Assembly: GCF_018350175.1 (NCBI RefSeq)
Contig: NC_058368.1
Coordinates: 25,794,001 to 25,858,000 of the forward strand
Direction: 5' to 3'
Length of the DNA stretch: 64,000 nucleotides
DNA from: Felis catus
Lineage: Eukaryota
The position numbers were made by a program, and so were the translations under genes. Position 1 is the first letter of the stretch. The number at the start of each line of letters is the position of its first letter. Shown piece by piece: positions 23,515-33,599 of this stretch. The notes beneath the pieces are model-generated. The model saw nothing but the letters and a program-made list of their open reading frames with translations. It ran no database searches and had not been told where the DNA came from.

Positions 23515-24474
23515 ATCCCCCTTTCAGTTTTAATCAAGTTGGATGGTGGAAGGAAATCAGTAGGATGGAGCGGTGGTTGGAAATAGGTTTAGTGGATAGG
23601 ACAAACAGGCTCTCTGGCTCCAAATGTTTGTATTTCATCAATAAAAGCTTCTTTTGGACTATCCAGCCCTGTTCGGGAAGCCCCTTTACCATTCTGTCTG
23701 GCTTCATGTAAGTAGCAGTTAGGAGGTTTATTTGTGTGGAATGTAAAAATTTCCTCTCTGAAATTTGATTTCATGTTTACTCATGAGTAGCAGCTGCTTG
23801 CAAAAGTTGTTCACCTTTGAGTAAATTATAAATTTGCCTCTGAGCACATAAATATCCTAAAGGTTTATTTTGTTTTGTGTCTCAGGAGAAGGAAGTGGGA
23901 CAGAATGAGCTGGATATTCATAAGGTTGCAGATAATTTGTTTTGAATGCTCTCCGTAGACTGAGGCACAGTGGCTAAGGAGGAGGAATGCTTGAATTTCA
24001 ATGGGAATTGTCAACATGAAGTGAATAACAAAGGTGCCAGCCACAAGGTCAATGCCTTCTTATCTTTCTTTTATTGTCTCATTGTAATTAAAGCCTAAAG
24101 TGGATTATGAAAATATACAAACAAACATCTTCCACCTTGGATTTATGCCTGGCGTGCTGTGAGGTTCCACAAGGCGGGATATGATTGCCTATGCATTATG
24201 AAGATTTTACTATAGTGGAGAGACTTTATAATACGGTGTTTCCATGTGGTAAAAATGTGAAGTCTGGCGACACAAAGACAGATGAAAGGGTACTGCTTAT
24301 TAAAGATCACAAGTAGACTAGGAAAAATTAAGAGGCAGGGAAGAAAATAAGCCACGGTGGCCCTGACACAGAGAAGGTATTGAATATCTGGTGCACAGTC
24401 AGAGGGAAAGGGCAAAGGAGTGAATGGGAAGCAGATGAAAAGAGAAACCTAGTATGTTGCTGTTTTCTAACAAG

Positions 24475-24570
24475 TTTTACGTTTGTTTAATCTCTACACC
24501 CAACAGGGGGCTCAAGTTCACAACCCCAAGGTCAAGGGTCGCATGTTCTTTTAACTGAGCCAGCCACGCA
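24475..24570 (-). mobile_element. Short tRNA-like SINE
   Basis: taatctctacacccaac...actgagccagcca. Confidence 0.85.
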
Positions 24571-25159
24571 CTGCACAAATTCTTCACTTGTATATCATTG
24601 CTGTCTGAACTAACCCCATAGCTTCTCCCAGGGATTCCCCGGATTCTTGTCCTCTGTGGTCTGGACATCACTGTTCACACTCCTTTCCCACTAGAGCAAG
24701 GGGAACAGTTTACTAGGCCTCTGAGAGGGAGGAGGCAGTGCAGAAAACATCCCTCACCAGCTTCCCATTCTCCACCCCTGGAGAATGCTGGAACAAAAAG
24801 AACCTACACGTGCCAAGGTCTTGGGCATGGACTGGGGCCAAAACCTCTGGGTAGGAGCAAACTGATCTTTGCTCTCCCTCAGTGCACAGAACCCCTGGCG
24901 TGGCCCACACTGGCCTCTGGAGTCTGTTGGGCTGACGGATGCCCAGGGAATCCTTCTATGGCAAGGACGGGAAGTGTCCTGGCCCCGTGGGCCTCTGTCT
25001 CCACCTCATGGCCTGCTCTTGCCAGGTGAATAGAAGCAGAGAGGTTGGCCCTGCTGGTGTCAGGGCTCTGGCCAGAGACAGGGTGGCAGGACTGAGGTTT
25101 CAGAGAGTGTTTTGCTGCATAAAGGGTAAGGACTCAGGCTTCAGTCTGGAGCCTCATCC

Positions 25160-25272
25160 TGCAATTTCACGTCTTTGAACGAAGGCAAATCATTTGCTGC
25201 CTCTGAATTGAATGTCTTTCTCCATAAGGTAAAGGTGATACTACCTACACCCAGAGTTATTGTGAAGACAAA
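25160..25272 (+). mobile_element. MIR
   Basis: ggcaaatcatttgctgcctctga...ctacctacacccagagttattgtgaaga. Confidence 0.6.
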
Positions 25273-25344
25273 CAGGATGCCTGCCTGCCTTCCTTCTTTC
25301 ACACACTCACTCGACCAATATTTTGGAGTGCAAGATTTGGGCAA

Positions 25345-25830
25345 AATTCTAAGATAACCTCCAATGACCCATACCCTTGTGTAATCCTTCCCTTTGAAGG
25401 TGGGCAGGATCTGTGACTATGATGAATGTTACTCCTGTGCTGAAGTTGTGTATTGTGGCAAAGTTGAAAGGATTTTGCAAATCCGTTGATTTTGAGTTAA
25501 GCAAAAAGGAAATTATCCTGGGTGGATCTGAATCAGATGAAAGCCCTGAAAGTGTCAGCAACAGTCTCTTGCTGGCTTGGAAGCAGGTCATTAGGAGTTC
25601 TAGAACTGCAAGGAAATGAATTCTGCCAGCAACCATAGAAGGTCCGAAGAGAACCCGGAGCCTCAAATGAGACCCCATCTCATGGCGGTGCCACTGTGGT
25701 TGCAGCTTTGTGAAACCCTCGGCAGAGGAGCCAGCTATGCCACGCCAAGAGTCCTGATCCGTGGAAACTGTGAGATAATAAATGCGCATTATTTTAAGCT
25801 ATTATATTCCAGGTAATATGTTATGCAGCA
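25345..25830 (+). mobile_element. MLT1D-like MaLR LTR
   Basis: gttgattttgagttaagcaaaaaggaaattatcctgggtgg...aactgcaaggaaatgaattctgccagcaacc...gaaactgtgagataataaat. Confidence 0.88.
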
Positions 25831-26283
25831 TCATGCTGAGTGCTGGGGATGCAATGGTTCACAAGGCAAGCATAACCCTGCCCTCTAGGAACACAAACAA
25901 GGAAATAGACGACTAACTATTATCTGACGAACGAATAAAGGAGTAGTACGTTTGAGTTAAGTACTTTGAATTAAGTGCTTGACTTAAGTGCTTCTGCCAC
26001 TCCATCACGAGCAGGATTCTTCAACTGCAGGTCTGCTGCCACGATGCCTGCTGGGAAGGGGAAACAGAGAATGTGGGAAGGAGGAGGACATGAGTGGGGG
26101 AGGGGAAGGGGGAATCCCTTCCAGGTAGGGAGGGAAGGGAAAACAAAAGTCCATATGCTTCTAAGAGGAAAGGCAGAGGAAGAAGAAAGAGGGGATGATG
26201 TACCATGGGTTTGTCTTCCCTCACCTTCCTCCCCCAAGTTGGGAGAGGAGGGAGGTTTTAAATAACCAGAAAGTTTGGGGGGT

Positions 26284-26497
26284 GGGGCACCTGGGTGGCT
26301 CAGTTGGTTAGGCAACTGACTTCGGCTCAGGTCATGATTTCACAGTTTGTGGGTTCGAGCCCCGCGTCGGGCTCTGTAGTGACAGTTCGGAGCCTGGGAC
26401 CTGCTTCGGATTCTGTGTCTCCCCCTCTCTGTGCCCCTCCCCTGCTCACGCTCTGTGTCTCTCTGTCTCTCAATAATAAATAAACATGAAAAAAAAA
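26284..26497 (+). mobile_element. CanSINE
   Basis: Head/(CT)n/A tail; TSD agaaa(g)tttggggg. Confidence 0.95.
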
Positions 26498-27134
26498 GAA
26501 ATTTGGGGGAGATTTTAGAGTAAGGGGACATTGCTCCTTTTTTCTATGGGTAAATACTGGGAAATTTTCAAGTGTCCTTAAAAGAATGCGAAATCCAGCC
26601 CCTACCCAGCTGAGGCCGGAAACTGTGGATCTAGGCAGAGGGAGGATCAGAGACAGCATCCCCGTCCCTCCTCCCCCACTCCTGCTCAGCTCTGCCGTCT
26701 GCAATCTTATCCACAGCCAGCTCATTTGGTCCCACTTTCTTCTTCTGAGGCACAAGACAAAAGAAACCTTCAGGATATTTATTTGTTCAGAAGCGAACTT
26801 ATGATTTACTCAGTAAGTGAAGAACTTGTGAGCCGCTGCTAGTCATGAGTAAGCATGGAATCAGATTTCCGAGAATGTTTCACCCTTCACGCAGTGGGAG
26901 GACAATGAAAGAGATGGTTTTAAGCCAGAAGAGACTAGGGTACTTTTAATTAGCAAGATCAAGTGTTATCCCTCAGGAGGGTGATGGTGGCTTGAGCCCA
27001 AGATGAGACCACCATTAGCAAATAAAGAAAGCTTTCTTCTTGTTGTTGTTCTTGTGATTCTTGTAGCATCTGGATGTATCTAGAGTATAATTGGCCCCAT
27101 TAAAAGCAACACCTTGGAGTGGAGATTTTTCGGG

Positions 27135-27330
27135 TTCAGTTTTGTTTCCCAGGGAGACATGTGGCAGTGTCTAGAGACATTTTTGGTTGTCATAACTTGA
27201 GGGGGGGTGCTACTGGCATCTAGCGGATAGAGGCCATCCCTGCAGCCAACCACCCTATGATGTTTAAAGACAGCCCCCCACGATAAAAACTATTCGGCCC
27301 AATTGTCAATTGTGCTGCTGTTGAGAAATG
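27135..27330. mobile_element. MER20 (hAT-Charlie MITE)
   Basis: ggcagtgtctagagacatttttggttgtcataact...tgctactggcatctag...gttgagaaa. Confidence 0.9.
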
Positions 27331-28302
27331 TTTCCTTGAGGAAGCCAATGTTGCTAAAGGGAGGTGCACCAGCCCACATGAGGGTGAAAGGGAGGAGCAG
27401 AGAAGAAAGAGTGTGGCCTGAGTGAAGGCCTGTGGGGCACAGCCAGTGGGGATCTGAACAGGGTGAAGCCTAGAGCAGGAGGTGGCTCAGAGACAGGGGG
27501 CAGCTGCAGAGGTGAGCCCGCTCACGAAGAATCTTTAAGCCATGTACATACAGACTCTGGACTTCATTTCAAGGTCCTGAGGGGGAGAGATTGGAGGGTT
27601 TTAGGCAAGGCTGCGGCAGCAGAGTTTTGCCCCTTACAGCTTACAAAGGAATTGCAACGACTTCTCAGTGGATCTTCACAATAACTCAGTGAGGAGGGAA
27701 GGAGGGCTGTTATTATTTCTATTTGTAAAATACATCTGCATGTCTTGACTGTCTTCACTACGCAGGGGCCATAAGCTGCCCTCCTGCCTACGACGGGAGG
27801 AAATATGGGAACCAGGAAAGAGAAATAAGAGGTGCATTCCCGGCTTCACACGCAGAAGTGGCAAAACGGCATAGAGGGGTCTTAATTGCCCTATTTGTCC
27901 GCCAACCACCAATGTGTTGGCTTTGCTCTGGTTATTTTCCCTTTGATGAACCTTGGCTACGCATCAGCTACTTAGAATCACACAATTAAATCAAGTTCTG
28001 CTTCGGCAACCGGCTGCACATAAATTGTGATATTAGTTGAAATAAGAATAAACTATAAGAAGAGTTCATACCTACAATGGGCAGTATTATCCCTATGGGA
28101 GCGTGATCAACCAGTCAAAAGTCAATGGGTTGTGAAACCTTACTGAAACCAGATGTTAGTTAAATACGGAAGTGTGGGAAGATGAGCAGCAGAGAGAGAA
28201 CAGCTTGCCTTCATAAATGGATTAGGATGAAATACTGGCATTCAGAGAGAAGTACAGCACAGTTAGAAAGAACATCTCATTTGCGGTATGGCTCGTTCAT
28301 AT

Positions 28303-28605
28303 TGATGGGGAGAACAAAGATAAAAAGAATTAAACGTCCTTACAACTTACAGCCCTTTGACAAGTTCTGAGACAGGCAGAGTGATCTTCTGGGAACTCAA
28401 CTGTCTTCATGTTAAGACTTTGCTAAAGCCAAAAGGCAAACTTAGCTTAAGATTAGCCCAACCTCCAGGATCCTGTAAATCTCCCTTAACATATAAAAAT
28501 TCCTTTGGAAACTTCCTTTATCTCTACTCCCCGAGATACAGGTGAGCAATCATCCCCCAAGTATATGGCTCCCTGATATACATCTGAAGGGTCTCTTGAC
28601 TCAGG

Positions 28606-28656
<51 letters not shown>

Positions 28657-29178
28657 TTTTTTTATTTAAAAAAAAAATTTTTTTTTCAACGTTTATTTAC
28701 TTTTTTGGGGACAGAGAGAGACAGAGCATGAACGGGGGAGGGGCAGAGAGAGAGGGAGACACAGAATCAGAAACAGGCTCCAGGCTCTGAGCCATCAGCC
28801 CAGAGCCTGACGCGGGGCTCGAACTCACGGACCGCGAGATCATGACCTGGCTGAAGTCGGACGCTTAACCGACTGCGCCACCCAGGCGCCCCTTGACTCA
28901 GGTTTTACTGGACAGTAGTAAGTGACCTTTTCCTAACAATAATAGCTAACCCCCTCAAGGTCCTGGAAACCTTACTTTCAAATTCTTCAGAGACTTACGC
29001 TATCCCTAACTCCCTCCCAACTTGGAAGTACATAACCAGCCACTCCTCACAACCCCAGTGCAGCTCTTTCTGTCCAAGGGTCGTGTCCCCGTCTTTAATA
29101 AAACCACCCTTTTGCACCAAAGATGCCTCAAGAATTCTTTCTTTACTGTTCACACCAAACCCCGACATTTTCACATTA
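28303..29178 (+). mobile_element. ERV1-type solo LTR with nested SINE
   Basis: TGATG...CAT(t)A termini, 4-bp TSD ATAT (28299-28302/29179-29182), AATAAA at ~29097. Confidence 0.85.
28608..28892 (-). mobile_element. CanSINE, young subfamily, (TTTA)n tail
   Basis: TSD ttgactcaggtt (28596-28607/28893-28904). Confidence 0.97.
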
Positions 29179-29589
29179 ATATCACTTACTTTCAGAGCAT
29201 CTCCTACTCATAGTCCATAAATTGGCTGCCTGGAATTCACAATACGCTGACTTCCTGGGGGATACGATGAACCTTCTCCATGGGATCTTTATTTATAATG
29301 TCCTCCAACCACGCTGAGGGTGAAGGTGCAGTGTTGTGCCTTCTGTTCTGCAGGTGGTGAGGAGGAGGATTCTGTGAATAAACTGCGTATTTACTGGCCA
29401 AGGTCAGCGATTGCTTAACAAATTCTCTGGTTTATCCTGGAGATACTTGCAGATACATATACATTAAATTGAAAACCAGAATAAATTCAAGAAATAATTT
29501 CCATCAGCAACCATGATTGTTTTCAGTAGTTTAGCATTAGTAACAACACTAAGGCTTCACCCTCTGCATTTATTTTTCTAAGCTGTAGA

Positions 29590-29720
29590 TGACACATGAC
29601 ATCATGTGTTCTAGAACCTTCAGTGGCTCCCTCTGTTTTCAAGATAAAATTCAAAGGTCTGGCATACAAAGCTTTTCACAATCTAATACCACCTACTCTG
29701 CCTGCTTTTCTTCCCCCATT
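29590..29720 (+). mobile_element. L2 fragment
   Basis: aaccttcagtggctccc...aagataaaattcaaaggtctggcatacaaagc. Confidence 0.65.
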
Positions 29721-29804
29721 TGGGATCTTGATATGGAAGCCATGTAACAGCCACAACAGGGGCCTGCCAGTCCATATAACTTATGCCCATGTTAATGCCT
29801 CCTT

Positions 29805-30028
29805 CTTTCTTTCTTTTTTTTTTTTTTAACGTTGATTTATTTTTGAGACAGAGAGAGACAGAGCATGAACGGGGGAGGGTCAGAGAGAGGGAGACACAGA
29901 ATCTGAAACAGGCTCCAGGCTCTGAGCTATCAGCACAGAGCCCAACGCGGGGCTCGAACCCACGGACCGCGAGATCATGACCTGAGCCGAAGTCAGCCGC
30001 TCAACCGACTGAGCCACCCAGGCGCCCC
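29805..30028 (-). mobile_element. CanSINE
   Basis: TSD aatgcctcctt. Confidence 0.96.
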
Positions 30029-30307
30029 AATGCCTCCTTATTTCTAACAATGTGGTTTCTTCCATTGAGACTGCTCTCCCTACACTCTACCTGGCAAATT
30101 TTTCTGGATCACTTTAAATAACAAATTGGATGGGGCTGTAGAAAAAAATGACTCTGCTTGGAAACCCAGGTTTTGGGAGTCAGAGTGTCCTTGTCCTTTG
30201 ACCTGTACGTGAATGTTAGTTTGATTCTAACATCGGTCTTTTGCAAGTAGATACCTGCCCAGCTCACAAGGATTCCCCTCTTTTGGGAACTGCCACCTTG
30301 ATCCACC

Positions 30308-30896
30308 TGTCTCGGGCGTGAAAGGAGGAAGCAAGCCTACATAAGAGAGTTTCTTTACAAATACGGTCGGGAGGCCATAAACCAAGAAGAATTTATGCCC
30401 ACCCTCATCGGAGGAACCATAAATGTTGTGCCAGCTGCAAGCCCTCGGCCTGGACTTAACTCCTCCTCACCAGGACACCTGAATTGTTAGCATTCTTCAC
30501 TCCAAAAGGAGCCAAGAGGATTCGACAAATTTCAATCCCTCGTTTGAATGTTAACTCAGTCAATCCCAGGTCACATATTTTCCGTCTGTGTTCTGCATAG
30601 AGGGCCTAAATGAGAACTGCACTTGTGAACTTTTGCCTTTATAACCCTGCCCCTCTCTGTCCTCCTCAGAAAAAGAGTCAGGTTCCTACCTATATCTTTG
30701 TCTCCAGAGTTGCAATCCTAACCGCCTAACCAAAAGGCTATCTGATTCAGGGTGCCTGGGTGGCTCAGCTGGTTGAGCATTTGACCTTGGCTCAAGCCAT
30801 GATCTCACGGCTCAGTTCGTGAGTTTGAGCTCACTGCTGTCAGCACAGAACCTGCTTCTTATCCTCTGGCCCTTCTCTCTCTGTGCCCCCTCCACT

Positions 30897-30927
<31 letters not shown>

Positions 30928-30992
30928 AAAAACAAAATTTTTTTAAATGCCCGTTTGATTAAATTTTCAGTGAATTTTTTTCTTGGTGGACA
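30308..30992 (+). mobile_element. ERV1-type solo LTR with nested SINE
   Basis: TGTC...GACA termini, TATA-like tttataac, gttgcaatcct U5-like text; TSD not clean. Confidence 0.6.
30750..30945 (+). mobile_element. CanSINE
   Basis: Head/(CT)n/tail. Confidence 0.9.
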
Positions 30993-30994
30993 CA

Positions 30995-31312
30995 AAAATG
31001 GACCTCTGGCAGCTGTATTTGTATCACAGGATCCACAGATTTTAGAGCTAGTGTTTGACACCCTGTAAAATTCTCTTTTCTGGAAATTTTTAATTGGGAC
31101 CCAGGAAGAATGAGGTCATGCTCATTATGTGTCTGGAACTGCAACTTGTAAGTTTAACAGCTGTGAGGCAGCCATTTTCACTGTGAACCTGCAGAGGATG
31201 CAGAGGAATGAAGTCCACGGAGAGAGAAGCGTATAACAAATCTACATGGAGAAGCAGAGGTGACAGATGGAGAAAGACACCTGGAGGCTTGGCTGACCTT
31301 AATTTCAGTTCC
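30995..31312 (+). mobile_element. Old ERVL-type LTR fragment (LTR33/16-like)
   Basis: agctgtgaggcagccatttt...gaggaatgaagtccacggagagagaagc. Confidence 0.5.
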
Positions 31313-31516
31313 TTTCTTTTATTTTTTTTAAAGTTTATTTACTTACTTTGAGCGGGGGGAGAGGGGCAGAGAAAGAGGGAGAGAGAGAATCCCAAGCAGA
31401 CTCTGCACTGTCAGCACAGAGCCTGATGAGAGGCTCGAACTCACAAACCGTAAGATCACGGCCTGAGCCAAAGTCAAGAGTCAGACACTCAACCAACTGA
31501 GCCACTCAGGCGCCCC
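31313..31516 (-). mobile_element. CanSINE lacking a recognisable TSD
   Basis: Antisense head/tail; flanks unrelated. Confidence 0.92.
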
Positions 31517-32135
31517 TGTTTCACTCAATTCTAATGCTCTGGTTGGTGCAATTATTTCTACCTTTTGGGTTGAGGTGCGTGGGGATGGTCTTTTGGCCTC
31601 CATGAGAGCCTTTAGGAATATGACAGCATATCTTGCCTTTCCTAGTCCATTATCCACAACACCGCTGCTGTCTAGAAGTCAGCGGACAGGGGTTCTGCAG
31701 CGGACAGGGGTTCACTCTGGAGATCTTTGTAGCCAGAGTGAATCTGATCAAGTACTTCCTGATTGGGGGGTAGGGTGGCAGCTGTATCTGGGAGTATCTA
31801 TCTGTCAGCACGGCCTCAGATTGTAACATTTTGTTTTGGGATAGTTCCTAGGTTAAAAACAAAACAAAACAAAACAAAACCCTGGAAACATGGTCCAAAC
31901 AGGCATAGGCTGACTTCTAGGGGAGTTTTTGTTTGTTTGTTTCGCTTCTTTTATCAAGAGGCACTGGCTGCCACAGCTCCTCTTGGCCACCATGTCCAAG
32001 TGTTCAGAAAAAGAAGTTACCATTCTCTTTAAGGGCCCCAGCATTTGGGATAAAACCCCTACAGCTATTCCTTGCCTTTCATGTACAGACAAATCAAACA
32101 GCTTGTCAAAATCAGGAAATGCTAAGGCTGGAGCT
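31517..32135 (-). pseudogene. pol: Degenerate ERV1 pol fragment (RT connection + RNase H N-terminal half)
   Basis: Minus-strand translations APALAFPDFDKLFDLSVHERQGIAVGVLSQMLGPLKRMVTSFSEHLD and DSSGVVDNGLGKARYAV...TSTQKVEIIAPTRALELSE match gammaretroviral APALGLPD..KPF..GVLTQ.LGP and TDGSS..RKAG.AV..TSAQ.AELIALT.AL; frameshifts, stop, 18-bp tandem duplication at 31680-31713. Confidence 0.9.
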
Positions 32136-32496
32136 TCATAAATAGGGCTTTACTTGCCTACCTTCAGTTTGCAGGGCTTCAGGAAAAAAAAAAAAGGGGG
32201 AGGGACAGTTTTAGTTCAAGTCTTGACTTGATTCCAAGTCAAGAGAATGAAAGAAAACTGGAAACCTTAGTTTGGAGAGCCATAGTCAGATATTCAAGGA
32301 AACCGGAATTCAGGATCCAGGTTTATAGGCAAACAACAAACGCTAAGACAATCAGAATTAAATCTAACATCCACAAAGATATATTATTGGAACATAATTT
32401 TTCTCTAAAATCACCCTCATTTCCATCAAAGATAGCCAAAACGAGTATTAATGTGTTTGGAAAACAAGTCCAGTTTTAACAAACTTGGCCCAATAA

Positions 32497-32725
32497 TTTT
32501 TTAAATTTTATTTATTCATTTTGAGAGAGAGCGTGCATGCACATGAGTGGGGAAGGGGCAGATAGAGGGAATGAGAGAGAATCCCAAGCAGCCTCTGCAC
32601 TGCCAGCACAGAGCCAGATGAGGAACTTGAACTCACGAACTGTGAGATCATGACCGGAGCCAAAATCAAGAGTCTGCCGCTTAACCACTTAAATGCTTAA
32701 CGGATTAAGCCACCCAGGCGCCCCC
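32497..32725 (-). mobile_element. CanSINE lacking a recognisable TSD
   Basis: Antisense head/tail within the ERV. Confidence 0.92.
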
Positions 32726-33317
32726 AGGGTGGATTTAAACAGGGAACAACAACGAACAGAACAACAACAAACAAACCAAACAACCAAGTGGGAGAGTGGT
32801 TTCTTCAATCTCCCAGATCCTAGATCAGTCTGTCAGATCACTCCCATTTCGCCAGGCTGGAGCATCCAACCCTCCGAATGGCTGGGTCGTGTGATCCTTT
32901 GTCACTTGGGGATGTCTAGACTCAACACTGGACCCTAATAATCAGTGTTCAATCTCCCAGAGTGTTTACCAGAAAGGCCCTGTTTACCCAGTGTATTCTG
33001 ACTGTTAGGCTGTCTTGCCCAGACTTTGTGAGAGAACTTTAGTTTTACTTCTAAGATCTCTGCCCCAGACCTGGCATAATTTATCCCAACAGAAATCCTT
33101 CGGGTAAATATAATCAGAGTTTCAAATGAGATCTGGATTTCAAATGAGGACAGAATGGCACGCCAGTGGTCACAAGCACCAAGAAAGGGTGAATCTCCTC
33201 CACGGAATCTGCCCCTGGTCCTGATAGCTTGAACCGTCTAGCCCAAGCAAGCTTCCACTGCCTGCTGCTCCGTCTGTCGGAACCCAGGGAACTGGAGGGC
33301 AGAACCTCAGGACAGCT

Positions 33318-33335
33318 GTCCCATCTGGGTCACCA
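33318..33335 (-). other. Retroviral primer-binding site, tRNA-Arg type
   Basis: Minus strand TGGTGACCCAGATGGGAC, 4 nt after an LTR-type ...GGTTACA end; differs by one CpG-type change from the complement of the tRNA-Arg(CCG) 3' end as I recall it. Confidence 0.8.
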
Positions 33336-33339
33336 AATT

Positions 33340-33533
33340 TGTAACCGAACCAACAGGCGTTTACGCCTTGGTGAGTCACAGAAACTGCACCAAGTGAGTT
33401 GTCGCACAAGGAAAACCTTATGTGGAAGCTTGGACTCCTTATTTGCTGCAAATAAAGTTTCCTTTAAGGGACGACTGACCTGGTGCAGTTTCTATGACTC
33501 ACCAAGGAGCCAACACGCGTTGGTTTGGTTACA
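33340..33533. repeat. 194-bp inverted repeat of two LTR R/U5-like ends (TG...CA)
   Basis: 85-bp ungapped arms 33340-33424 and 33449-33533, 67/85 matches by hand count, 24-nt spacer. Confidence 0.92.
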
Positions 33534-33599
33534 GTTGTGACTACTTTTCTCTTTCATCTTCAACCCTTCCACCTCCGTTTGTTTATCTCCAAGCCACAG

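Larger units (their letters stand above)
31517..33339 (-). mobile_element. Deleted class-I ERV internal region (leader + MER4-int-like AT-rich segment + pol remnant)
   Basis: PBS at 33318-33335, pol peptide homology at 31517-32135, MER4-group-like text aagtccagttttaacaaacttggcc. Confidence 0.88.

Noticed and set aside
26054..26140. G-rich tract as a G-quadruplex
   Set aside because: Irregular loops; common in mammalian DNA and no contextual support.
29354..29402. 49-nt plus-strand exon-like segment (TTCTGTTCTGCAG|...AAG|GTCAGC) downstream of an LTR
   Set aside because: Moderate donor; such pairs are expected by chance in 64 kb and there is no independent support.
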